This document shows, in pieces, positions 49,044 through 58,323 of a stretch of DNA of 64,000 nucleotides. The position numbers and the translations under genes are program-made. Under the pieces are notes generated by a model, which was not told where the DNA came from, searched no databases, and worked only from the letters and a program-made list of their open reading frames with translations. The DNA is from a virus (lineage: Duplodnaviria > Caudoviricetes). The stretch spans positions 33,440-97,439 of the IMG/VR virus record IMGVR_UViG_3300031555_004309. One strand, given 5' to 3'. Numbering within the stretch: the stretch's first letter is position 1; every line of letters begins with the position of its first letter.

Positions 49044-50078
49044 TTATGAACGGTTCTTAGGTTTAACCTGAGGTGCAGCAGTAGCATTTGTTGTAACAAC
49101 GCCATCTGTATCAGTTTCTGCGCCACTAGCATAAGTAACTCTCTTTGATTCAGGAAGTACTTCTTCAGCATTAGTTGAAGATTTTGTAGGTGGATTCTTT
49201 GAGAAGCCATCATATGCAGGAACAAAGTTCATTTGTCCACCAGCAATACTGTCATCTTCATCATCGTCATAATCAGCAAATTCATACTTAACAAATCTAA
49301 CCATTTCGCCGTCTTCAGGACGAAGAACTTGAAGGTTAAAGTTAAATGTAGCAGGATCACCATCTGCGCTCATTTCAAGAGTTTGTTCAGCAGTCATCTT
49401 TGCTTTAGGAATAATGAACTGGAAGTATTCATCATCGCCATTTCTTTCATTCTTAATCATTGTATCACCGACAACATAATATGTGCCAGGGAATGAATCA
49501 GGTTCAATCTTAATGATTGCCTTAGATTTTACAAGATGATTCCAAGTTGCATAAAGAACATCGCCTTCTTTAAGACCTTGTGCAGTTGTTAAAGCAGTTG
49601 TGCTACCATTCTTATAGAAAAGAATGTTTGTAGCTGTATCTCCTGCAGTGCCATAAGAAACAGAAACTTCTTTACCAAGGCCATTAACTACTTTACCATC
49701 AACTTTTACTTCAGGATAAGTGTTATTTTCTTTTACAACTACTCTTGCACTCTTAAGTACTGTACCAAATTCTGTAGTACCACTTGCGGCAGTATCACCA
49801 TATACATTACCATCACCGAGCATAACTGCGAGTGATTTTGGAGAGAAGAGAGCATCTTCAATAGTAACATTGATTTCCTTGTTGAAATCCCATACAATTA
49901 ACTTGCCATTACCTTTACCGCCGCGGGCTTCAGAAGTCTCTGCGGTCTGTTCGATGGAAGTAACTTTCAAACTATCAAGAATAAGAACAGGATAGTCGGG
50001 ATAACCAGCTTTGTTGATGTGGTAGAATGTTACGTCGGCACATTCTTTAAGACCATATCTTTGAAGTATATCAGCCAT
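49044..50078 (-). CDS. Major tail tube protein with C-terminal extension
   Basis: Synteny, codon bias of a highly expressed gene, ARGGKGN and GDPATF motifs. Confidence 0.8.
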   Translation of the reverse strand: MADILQRYGLKECADVTFYHINKAGYPDYPVLILDSLKVTSIEQTAETSEARGGKGNGKLIVWDFNKEINVTIEDALFSPKSLAVMLGDGNVYGDTAASGTTEFGTVLKSARVVVKENNTYPEVKVDGKVVNGLGKEVSVSYGTAGDTATNILFYKNGSTTALTTAQGLKEGDVLYATWNHLVKSKAIIKIEPDSFPGTYYVVGDTMIKNERNGDDEYFQFIIPKAKMTAEQTLEMSADGDPATFNFNLQVLRPEDGEMVRFVKYEFADYDDDEDDSIAGGQMNFVPAYDGFSKNPPTKSSTNAEEVLPESKRVTYASGAETDTDGVVTTNATAAPQVKPKNRS

Positions 50079-50091
50079 CTAATAACCTCCT

Positions 50092-50823
50092 TTAAATATC
50101 TAATTTTTCTAACCAACTTTTTGGTTTTATCTTCTTTGGATCTGCGCCTGCGGCAATCATACGCAAGTCCAAGTCATATTTATATTTAGCTTGCGCGCAA
50201 GTAAAAAGTTTACGGAATTGGTAATAAGTTAAATTACCCACATTATCAAAAGTAATGCCCACATTAAAACAAATCAGTTTTGTAAGGGCATCGTCTAATG
50301 CCATTCCATCGCTTTTCGCTGCGGCGCGTCTTTTTGCTTCTGCAACTTGTTCTCTTCTTAATCGGAATTTTCGTTGCATAGCGTTTTCGTTTTTTGGAAT
50401 AGGTTCAGGTATTGGAAGACAATTCTGTGCTCGCAGTACCATTTGAAAATCTTCAAAATTCTCTTCATTGAGAACTTTACTTTTATCTATATCTCCTACA
50501 AAAATTTCTTTTGTATCTATGGAAATATGAACCTCTTCCTTAATAAATGTAAAAAATGCTTTTTGTAACTCTAATAAAAAATTGTCATTGAGACTAGCAC
50601 TAAGTAATAAGTATTCAAAAGAAGTAAAAGATTGGTCTATTCCCGCCTCTTTCATTTTCTTTTCTACTTCGCGCGCATCTAGGGTAAGCAATCCAAGATA
50701 TTGTTCAAATTTCTTTTCTCCAAGTCCAAAAATCTCTTTCATTCTTAAAGGATAAATGAAACAAATATCTTGGAAATTTTCTGCGCCACCCAAAAATAAT
50801 TTATTCTTATCAATCGAAAACAT
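50092..50823 (-). CDS. Tail assembly protein (chaperone-like)
   Basis: Synteny; LTYYQF motif. Confidence 0.55.
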   Translation of the reverse strand: MFSIDKNKLFLGGAENFQDICFIYPLRMKEIFGLGEKKFEQYLGLLTLDAREVEKKMKEAGIDQSFTSFEYLLLSASLNDNFLLELQKAFFTFIKEEVHISIDTKEIFVGDIDKSKVLNEENFEDFQMVLRAQNCLPIPEPIPKNENAMQRKFRLRREQVAEAKRRAAAKSDGMALDDALTKLICFNVGITFDNVGNLTYYQFRKLFTCAQAKYKYDLDLRMIAAGADPKKIKPKSWLEKLDI

Positions 50824-51295
50824 GAATATAAAACTCCATTCTATAACAAGACATAATATCTGTTACAAGTTGAAGGGAAAAACCTTCATATTCTATCTTG
50901 CCGAGACTTTCAACCCTTTTTCCTTTTAGTTCTTTTTCTATCTCTGTCATTATTAAAAATGGACGTAAATTAATATCATTTAATTTCCACTCAGTTAAAG
51001 GTACATAGACAAGAACATCAAGCGCAATATCTTTAAATTCCTTATTCTCCATTACTGTTCCACTGTTATACATTACGACAACAGTGGATTCAGTATCATC
51101 GGAGTGTTCATTTACAAGAGGAACAACTTTAAGGTTTTTGTCAAGTGCGATTGAAGGATCAATTTCTTCTTTATCTTGTGAAAAAGGATTGTTATCTGTA
51201 TATTTTAAAAGACGTAAAAGTCTTTTATTTTGTGATAATTTAGTGACAATTTTTAATAAGTTAGTTCCAAGCTCAGAGGAATTACGAATCGACAT
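50810..51295 (-). CDS. Tail completion/terminator-like protein
   Basis: Position in the head-tail joining block. Confidence 0.5.
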   Translation of the reverse strand: MSIRNSSELGTNLLKIVTKLSQNKRLLRLLKYTDNNPFSQDKEEIDPSIALDKNLKVVPLVNEHSDDTESTVVVMYNSGTVMENKEFKDIALDVLVYVPLTEWKLNDINLRPFLIMTEIEKELKGKRVESLGKIEYEGFSLQLVTDIMSCYRMEFYIHVFD

Positions 51296-52607
51296 TGTCT
51301 TTCTTACCTCCTAACCAAAAACTTTGAATTTCAATTGGAAGTTGTGCCTGAGAGTTTATATCAAGAATTGTGGTTCCAATCTCTTTTGCCAATATAACAA
51401 CTTTATTACCAATAGACTTATCTGTATCGATCTGCGCGCAGGTCGTATCAGAAAGCGTAGGATTAATAGTATCAGTTCCTGTTATTGTATATGTGACTTC
51501 TTGTCCCATTGTAATAACATCTGGTCCAACTATTCCTATTTTAGTTTGTGGTTGAATAGATTTAAAAGTGAAATCAAAATCTTGAGCAGTTTCTTCTTGA
51601 CCCTTAATTTGAATTCTTAATCTAGCAATAGTTACCGGCCAACCGCGTGCACGAGTAGGATTAATAATAAAAGGTTCTCCACTATAGAATTTTCCATCTT
51701 CTTCCAATGAAATAACTTCAAAAGGAATGTAATTTGGAACTTCCCTCTCAACTGGGATAGGTTCTATTTCAACCTTTCTATCTCCAATACGAGATTCTTG
51801 TTTATAAAATGCGGTAAAAGTGACTTGAGTCTCAGTATTCGTGTCTATTTCAAAATTTTCTCCTAAATCAGTAGTAATATACCAATTCGCACTTTCATCT
51901 CTACCTGCGACAGGAATGTCATCATTTTTATCTGTAAGATATTCTTCAAGAGTAATATACATTACTCCATTAACACTAATTTTATCAAATCCAGTAATAC
52001 GCCAAGTTTCTCCACCAATAGTGACTTTATTATTCTTTTTAACACTTGCATCTGCTGGCATTATAATAGAATATCTTTTATTTGGAAGAAAAACTCCTGA
52101 TTCCGCAAATTGTATACGGAATTTAAGATTTATATTCTTATCACGTGCACCACTACCGCCGCCGACTGCGTGAACTGGACTAGAATGGTAAATACCATCT
52201 ACATACCATTCCATTTTTTCTTCTAATTCTATAACTGTATAACGATTATGGCTTCCAGTAGTATAAGGATCTACTGCATATGCCAGCCAGGGATGCTCTC
52301 TTTTTTGATGTCTAACATCCATAAAATAGAGTAATTTTCCCATTTGAATTTTTCTATTACAAGGAACTAGAAGATAATCTACAATCTCATCTTGATCATA
52401 TTCTTTAGTTTGAAGAATTCCTAAATAATCTGGCGGCATTTCTGCCTCATCCCAACTATTTAATCCTTCCCAAACAGAAACTTGATTAGGGGATTTTTTT
52501 AAAATTGTTTCTTCAAAATCATACTCTCTTTTGTTTTGTATGCGTTCTTGAATATTGTTCCCGAAGCGATTAATTCTCTTTAAATATATTTCATCAAAGT
52601 ATCCCAT
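51282..52607 (-). CDS. Head-closure-like protein with Ig-like C-terminal extension
   Basis: Synteny; IGGETWRITGFD; IVGPDVITMGQEVTYTI Ig-like strand pattern. Confidence 0.55.
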   Translation of the reverse strand: MGYFDEIYLKRINRFGNNIQERIQNKREYDFEETILKKSPNQVSVWEGLNSWDEAEMPPDYLGILQTKEYDQDEIVDYLLVPCNRKIQMGKLLYFMDVRHQKREHPWLAYAVDPYTTGSHNRYTVIELEEKMEWYVDGIYHSSPVHAVGGGSGARDKNINLKFRIQFAESGVFLPNKRYSIIMPADASVKKNNKVTIGGETWRITGFDKISVNGVMYITLEEYLTDKNDDIPVAGRDESANWYITTDLGENFEIDTNTETQVTFTAFYKQESRIGDRKVEIEPIPVEREVPNYIPFEVISLEEDGKFYSGEPFIINPTRARGWPVTIARLRIQIKGQEETAQDFDFTFKSIQPQTKIGIVGPDVITMGQEVTYTITGTDTINPTLSDTTCAQIDTDKSIGNKVVILAKEIGTTILDINSQAQLPIEIQSFWLGGKKDNVDS

Positions 52608-52864
52608 TAATCACTCAACCCCGTAATTAAATTCATACATTCAAAAACAGTTTTTCTAAAATATTCATATCTTAAAAAGCGGAGAGATTGAGTCTTGCGC
52701 AACAATCTCTCATAGTTTATGGTTTTATTATCTTCCTCAAAACCAAGTAATTCAATTACAATAGTATCAAGAAATTTTTCCCATTCTCCGCCTTTTTCTC
52801 TCTCATTCAACAAGCCAAAATATTTACTTTTTAGCTTATTTTTATATCCTTCGCTAACTGTCAT
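52607..52864 (-). CDS. Hypothetical protein
   Basis: Coupled ORF in the structural operon. Confidence 0.7.
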   Translation of the reverse strand: MTVSEGYKNKLKSKYFGLLNEREKGGEWEKFLDTIVIELLGFEEDNKTINYERLLRKTQSLRFLRYEYFRKTVFECMNLITGLSD

Positions 52865-53358
52865 TTTCCAGCTAAGTCAGAGTAAGAAAAAGATTTTCTG
52901 TACCCTTCCTCATTAGTTTTTGAGCGGTAGAATATTTTTTCTAATTCCGCTGCCTTAGTTTTACTTTGCGCAAGGAGAGATATGAATTGTTTTAGTAAGT
53001 TTGCAGGGGACCAATCTCTTTCGTCATACATAACTTTTACATTCTCCCAAGTATGAATAGTGCGGCTAAGCCACTCTACTTTCATATATTCAGAAATTAT
53101 ATCAATTTCTTCAGGAGAAAGAGTATCTTCAAATCCATTCTCATCTCTTACAAGACGATGAGTAGGAAATTTAAAATATGGTAAAGCATTTTCAAGTATT
53201 GACCGCCAATCTGCTAGGGCCGCAGAAGTAGGAACTGTTTCAAGAGGTCCTTCAGGAACAAGTTCATCAACTAGTTTTTCCTCATATTCTTCTGCCCAGT
53301 CGTCTGCAATAATTTTACTTAAAAATGCGTCATAGACTGTTTGATATGGAGTTGCCAT
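52861..53358 (-). CDS. Head-tail adaptor-like protein
   Basis: Synteny; MATPY..VYDAFL motif. Confidence 0.55.
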   Translation of the reverse strand: MATPYQTVYDAFLSKIIADDWAEEYEEKLVDELVPEGPLETVPTSAALADWRSILENALPYFKFPTHRLVRDENGFEDTLSPEEIDIISEYMKVEWLSRTIHTWENVKVMYDERDWSPANLLKQFISLLAQSKTKAAELEKIFYRSKTNEEGYRKSFSYSDLAGK

Positions 53359-53376
53359 TTAAAACACCTCCGTGTA

Positions 53377-53862
53377 TTATTCATCGACTTCTTCTTCTTT
53401 TGTTATTTCAATAGTTTTAATGATATCGCGGCCTGTGAGCTTTTTGAAATAAATATTCTTTGCATAGTCCATATATCCTTTTTCAATTGCGACATCAACA
53501 AATCTTTGCTGCTGAACTGGAGGCAGCTCATCTACTACTTTCTTTAAATCTGCAAGATTGAGAGTAGTTAATTTTTCATAAACTTCTTCTGAAGAAAGAA
53601 TAGTGGGCGCATGTTCAATATTGCCCTTTTCATCTTTTACTTCAAGGCCATATTCAATTCTTGCATCTTCATCATCAATATAGAGAAGACCATTCTCAAA
53701 CATAGCCATAACACTTGGAGTATAAATTGCTTGGTCAAGTACATCCTTATCAATTATATGTGTTTGACCTTCTTTTGTAAAATCACGAGAATAGTGATAT
53801 TCGGGTAAATAAAGATTAATATTTGAACTAATCTTACTTATGAGTTTAATTTTCTTTGACAT
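53377..53862 (-). CDS. Hypothetical virion/assembly protein (YonA-like position)
   Basis: Follows the capsid gene; AGGAGG RBS. Confidence 0.65.
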   Translation of the reverse strand: MSKKIKLISKISSNINLYLPEYHYSRDFTKEGQTHIIDKDVLDQAIYTPSVMAMFENGLLYIDDEDARIEYGLEVKDEKGNIEHAPTILSSEEVYEKLTTLNLADLKKVVDELPPVQQQRFVDVAIEKGYMDYAKNIYFKKLTGRDIIKTIEITKEEEVDE

Positions 53863-53887
53863 TATAAAATCCTCCTTTTACTCAATT

Positions 53888-53911
53888 AGGGCCAGCCATA
53901 AGACTGGCCCT
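53888..53911 (-). terminator. Hairpin after the major capsid gene
   Basis: AGGGCCAG/CTGGCCCT stem. Confidence 0.7.
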
Positions 53912-53925
53912 TAATCAAAATTTAA

Positions 53926-54951
53926 TTAGCTAATTTCATAGAAGCCCCAGTTATTACCAGTAACAACTGCAGTACCAATCTTTGTATAAGCCTGAATTTC
54001 CATAGAACGATCTCTATTCTTCCAGTCATCAACAATCATGCCGCCTTCCATAAGGACTTTAACAACCTTTTCTCCATTTGAAGGAAGAACAAAGCAGAAA
54101 TTACCACCGAAGATTTCTGTTGTATTTGTTTCATCTTCAAAAGAAACAGGAAGAACGATAACAGGATAGCCGCCACGGAATGTAAGAACATGACCATAAC
54201 GATGGATTGCATCAATATCATCAGGAGCATAAATTCCTTGATAATTTGCACTACCAGCAACAATTGCATCAGGACCCATACCATCAGCAAATTCTTGAGT
54301 TGCAACAATTACGGGAGAACCATATGCAGCAACTTTACGAACAATACCCTGAAGAGCAGTTTGATTATAAGCATTACCTGTTGTCTTGTTTGCAGGAATG
54401 ATAACATTACGCGCACCAGCAAGCATAGCACCATAAACTTCCTTCCAGATAGCAGTAATAATACCATCCATAAGTGCTTCCATATAATCTGCCCAATCTT
54501 CATCACCAGAAAGGAATCTTTCAAAGTCGATATAAGCAGCATCGCCGATTACGAATGTATTAACATCAATGATGTCTGTATCAAGACGGAAAGCTTCATA
54601 AACGCCACTAGCAGTAGCTCTTGTAGCAAACTTTCTTGCGCGAAGCTTACCTTTCTTAATTTTGAATTGAGGCTTTGTTCCATGATCATAATTTCTAATA
54701 TCAGCAAATTGACCAATAACAGAAATAACTTCCTTAGGAACAACTTCATTCATTGTTTCTTCCATAATCTCGAAGAGAACGTTTTTATTAGTTCTGTAGA
54801 GTTGATATGTACCACAAAGTTCGTTAAGTTCAGCACGAAGAACGTCATTAACATCTTCAACTGTCTTATTTGCGAACTCTGTAGGAACTTGTTTCTTAGC
54901 CGCATAGAGGGCTAATTCTTTAATCTTTTTAATATCTGACATTATTTTCAC
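53926..54951 (-). CDS. Major capsid protein (YonB-like)
   Basis: 341 aa, position after scaffold and decoration genes, strong codon bias. Confidence 0.8.
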   Translation of the reverse strand: MKIMSDIKKIKELALYAAKKQVPTEFANKTVEDVNDVLRAELNELCGTYQLYRTNKNVLFEIMEETMNEVVPKEVISVIGQFADIRNYDHGTKPQFKIKKGKLRARKFATRATASGVYEAFRLDTDIIDVNTFVIGDAAYIDFERFLSGDEDWADYMEALMDGIITAIWKEVYGAMLAGARNVIIPANKTTGNAYNQTALQGIVRKVAAYGSPVIVATQEFADGMGPDAIVAGSANYQGIYAPDDIDAIHRYGHVLTFRGGYPVIVLPVSFEDETNTTEIFGGNFCFVLPSNGEKVVKVLMEGGMIVDDWKNRDRSMEIQAYTKIGTAVVTGNNWGFYEIS

Positions 54952-54960
54952 CCTCCTAAA

Positions 54961-55473
54961 TTATTCTGTAGCACCAGTACTAGGAACTACCTGAATTTTA
55001 ACTGCAGGCTGGCCATCAGGCATTGTTGTAAGTTCAACAACTTGAAGACCAATATCACCAACAGGCTGACCACCAGAAGTGAGAGTTCCGTCTGCGTTAA
55101 CAAAAAGTCCACTTGCTGCTGTGATAGCAGTAGTAATGCCGCCATCAGTTAATAATGTTGTAACAGCATTTGTTGTATATACGTCACCAACTTTAAGATA
55201 ACCAATACGAGGATACTCATTTGCTTTTACTTTGAAATTCTTAAGACCAGTTGCTCTTTCATAAATTCTTTCTGCAGTATAGTTAAGACCAATAAGACCT
55301 TTAAGTTCACTAGTTGTAGAAACTGTACCAGCAACTTTGTCAACCTTTACGATCCAACCGTTTTCAAGATCTACTGCAGCCTTGCATTGTGACTCGATGT
55401 TTCCATCGTGAAGGAAAGAACAACGATTAGGTTCTACCTGGCCATAGCCAGTACCGTTTAATAAAACAGCCAT
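54961..55473 (-). CDS. Head decoration/structural protein (YonC-like)
   Basis: YGQVEPN, LENG, GDVYTTN, TTMPDGQPAVK; synteny. Confidence 0.6.
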   Translation of the reverse strand: MAVLLNGTGYGQVEPNRCSFLHDGNIESQCKAAVDLENGWIVKVDKVAGTVSTTSELKGLIGLNYTAERIYERATGLKNFKVKANEYPRIGYLKVGDVYTTNAVTTLLTDGGITTAITAASGLFVNADGTLTSGGQPVGDIGLQVVELTTMPDGQPAVKIQVVPSTGATE

Positions 55474-55493
55474 TTTATCTAACCTCCGTTAAA

Positions 55494-56762
55494 TTAATCT
55501 TCTTCTTTAAAATACTTAGCCATAAGCGCGGCCGCACCAGAATAAGAAGGTTTACCTTCTACATCTTTTAAGACCTCTTTTGTGGCTTTGTTGAATAATG
55601 TGTCTTCATTTGCATTAACAACTGCTAATGCAATTTCACTCTTTAAACTGTCAAGAGTGTAAGTGTCAATGTTCTCTTTAAATTCTTCTGTCTTTTCTTG
55701 GGGAAGAACTTCTGCGTACTTATCAATCAAATCTGATTTTTGAGCTTTTTCCTGCTCAAGTTTGTAGGTTTGAAGTTCTTCAACTTGTGCTTCGAGTTCT
55801 TTGATTCTAGCTTGTGCTTCGACATACTTGGACTCGAAATCTTCAGTAGTTTCGTTTTCTTCGCCTTCTGCGCCGTCTTCAGTTTCAACTTCTGTTTCTT
55901 CAGTTTCAGTTACTTCTTCAGCTTCTTCTACCTCTTCAACTTCTTCTGTCTCTGCTGGCACATCCTCAGCTTCAGTTTCAGTTTCTTCAGTTTCTTCTGT
56001 TTCTAACTCATTTTCAGTAGCAACTTCTTCAACTGTTTCAACTGTTTCCTCTGCTTCTGGGGCATCTGCTTCATTCTCAACTACAGGTTCTTCTTGCACT
56101 TGTTCAATTTTTTCTTCATCCATTGTTTCCGTGCCTCCTATAATCTCATTTGTTGCAGAGAAATTATAATTCTTTAATTCTTTAATAAGATTAGTTGCAT
56201 CTGTTAAGTTGTAGAATGCCGCACCCTCAAAACAAGGTTCTACATCTTGTCCTAATGCAGTTAATCCTAAAAAACAACCATCTGTGAATTCGAAATACTC
56301 AACTGCGCCATCTCTTTTCCATTCACCTTTTGCACTATCAACGCAAAGTTCCATTGATTGTGCCTTTCCTGGCAGTGCACGCGCAGCTTCGTATCTTGCT
56401 GTCCATAAGAAAATATCACAGCACGCATAATTTCTCAAAACTCCATCTTTATCAAGATGATCTTCCCATTGGACATTAGGATTTTCAGGAACTACGCCAT
56501 AAGCAACAAATTGCTCTCTGTCAAGTCCGTGGTCAGTGAAGTCTTTGTTTTCCTGGTCCCAAATCCCACCAACAGGTGAATAAGGAAGAGTAGATAATAA
56601 TTTATCTGCAAACTCCTTCGTAATATAAGTGAGATTTCTGTTCAGACCAGTATAAAAAATTCTTACCCTCGCCTTTGATAAAGTTGGATTTATTTTCTGA
56701 ACATCTCCTACAGGAGAGATTGAAAACGTAATTCGACTATTTAATTCTCTTTCCATTATCAT
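55494..56762 (-). CDS. Prohead protease fused to an acidic scaffold (YonD-like)
   Basis: NRN, QSMEL, LG..VEPCF protease motifs; long Glu-rich tract and coiled coil. Confidence 0.75.
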   Translation of the reverse strand: MIMERELNSRITFSISPVGDVQKINPTLSKARVRIFYTGLNRNLTYITKEFADKLLSTLPYSPVGGIWDQENKDFTDHGLDREQFVAYGVVPENPNVQWEDHLDKDGVLRNYACCDIFLWTARYEAARALPGKAQSMELCVDSAKGEWKRDGAVEYFEFTDGCFLGLTALGQDVEPCFEGAAFYNLTDATNLIKELKNYNFSATNEIIGGTETMDEEKIEQVQEEPVVENEADAPEAEETVETVEEVATENELETEETEETETEAEDVPAETEEVEEVEEAEEVTETEETEVETEDGAEGEENETTEDFESKYVEAQARIKELEAQVEELQTYKLEQEKAQKSDLIDKYAEVLPQEKTEEFKENIDTYTLDSLKSEIALAVVNANEDTLFNKATKEVLKDVEGKPSYSGAAALMAKYFKEED

Positions 56763-58309
56763 TGCCCTCCTGAGTTTTTGTTCTTAATAGTTTGTTCGGC
56801 TTGCTCAGTTTCGTCAACTGAAGCACCCTCTGATTCCGCTTGTCGTTGTTCTTCTTCAGTAAGTTTTTGTTTTTCTGAATCTGCTTGATTACCACTTTCA
56901 GTATGTGAAGAACGAAGTGGAACCATAACTGTTTGCATATCAAGTAGGTCAATTTCAAGTCTCTTCATATCGAGCAATTGATTTTGTTCTAATCCCATTG
57001 CAAGGCTTGGAATAAAGAAACTAAAACCATATTGCGCCGCGTTCATTGTTTGAGACAAATAATCTTTTTGATTGTATTGACCAACTGGAAGAATTTCTAC
57101 TCCAAAATTAATTTTTTTATTTGAAAAATGAGCATTAATTAAATTCTTTAACCAAATAGAAAAAGAATTTGCTAATGTCATCATTGTACAAATATCATTT
57201 TGAATTGATTTTTCAAGCGAAGTGTTTGTATCTGCTGAAAAGATTTGCTTACTAACACCTGATTCAGAGTAAAATACTTTTTCTATCTTTTCAAGATTGT
57301 TCTTTATTGTCGCATCGGTATCATGAACTTGGTGAATCTTAATTTTACCATAAGTAGTAATTGCATCAAGATTTTCATTTCCTTCAGCAATTTTCTTTAA
57401 ACCTTTATGAAGCTCAAGTGCTTCATCGGGTTCAAGAACTAGACCACCATCCGCTAAGTGTTCAATTTCTTGTGCTATGACCGCGCGTAAGTCTTGTTTA
57501 TCTCTTGCTTTTTCAAGATTGATATAATCATTAAAATTAATTACTGCGGGAATAACAGGAGAAAAGAAAGGTCTTTCTTCATAAAGTTCAAAATGGATAC
57601 CAATTTCACTTGGAAGTTTTACCCAATTTGATTTTCTCTTTCCTTTTTTATATTTCTTATATGCATCTTTAATTTCTTTAGGAAAACCTTCAAGTGCGAC
57701 TGCTAGTAGATCATCATCAGTCATTTTATCAAACCATTCAAGATTTAATTCAATGATATCTACACCAGTATAACTTTTATATCTTGATCTGCAATAAGAA
57801 TAAGGCAAATCTTGAATACAATATTCTCCGTTTACTTCTTTTACTATTCCATAATATGCACCGTCAAGCAAAACTTTTAATGCAAAGCGACGGCATAACT
57901 GTTCAAAATTAAGAGAATTGATAAATTCAAGCGCTTCAAAATATTTCTCTGCATTTTTCTTTTCAGTAATCTTACTTTTATTCCCTATCATATGGGGAAT
58001 AAGAAGTGGAGTATAATATAAAATTGTTGCATAGTAACATAAAAGTTTCTTGTAAAATCCATTTGAGTAAAAGAAAAAGTTAGATAATTCTTTTAGTAGC
58101 TCTGGATCTCCAGTTGCAATAATTTCTTCTGCTTCTTCTTTAGTATAGGCCGTTACCTTTCTCGCACGAGGCCTATTACTAAAAAAATCACTTCTACTTT
58201 CATAGTCTTCGGGATTTATTGCAATATAAGGTTCACTATTTTTTGCAAATTCTAAAAATCTATTAATGGGCTGATTAGTTTCTTGAGTATTCTTTTTTTC
58301 TTCTTCCAC
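56759..58309 (-). CDS. Portal protein
   Basis: 516 aa between terminase and protease. Confidence 0.8.
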   Translation of the reverse strand: MEEEKKNTQETNQPINRFLEFAKNSEPYIAINPEDYESRSDFFSNRPRARKVTAYTKEEAEEIIATGDPELLKELSNFFFYSNGFYKKLLCYYATILYYTPLLIPHMIGNKSKITEKKNAEKYFEALEFINSLNFEQLCRRFALKVLLDGAYYGIVKEVNGEYCIQDLPYSYCRSRYKSYTGVDIIELNLEWFDKMTDDDLLAVALEGFPKEIKDAYKKYKKGKRKSNWVKLPSEIGIHFELYEERPFFSPVIPAVINFNDYINLEKARDKQDLRAVIAQEIEHLADGGLVLEPDEALELHKGLKKIAEGNENLDAITTYGKIKIHQVHDTDATIKNNLEKIEKVFYSESGVSKQIFSADTNTSLEKSIQNDICTMMTLANSFSIWLKNLINAHFSNKKINFGVEILPVGQYNQKDYLSQTMNAAQYGFSFFIPSLAMGLEQNQLLDMKRLEIDLLDMQTVMVPLRSSHTESGNQADSEKQKLTEEEQRQAESEGASVDETEQAEQTIKNKNSGGQ

Positions 58310-58323
58310 TAATTCTCCCTCCT

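Noticed and set aside
48968-49225. Alternate-frame ORF over the tail tube 3' end as a programmed frameshift product
   Set aside because: No clear slippery site; it crosses a terminator-like hairpin and reads like an off-frame shadow.
54190-56169. Long + strand ORFs (241, 122 and 88 aa) opposite the capsid and scaffold genes
   Set aside because: Antisense artefacts of strong codon bias and Glu-rich sequence.
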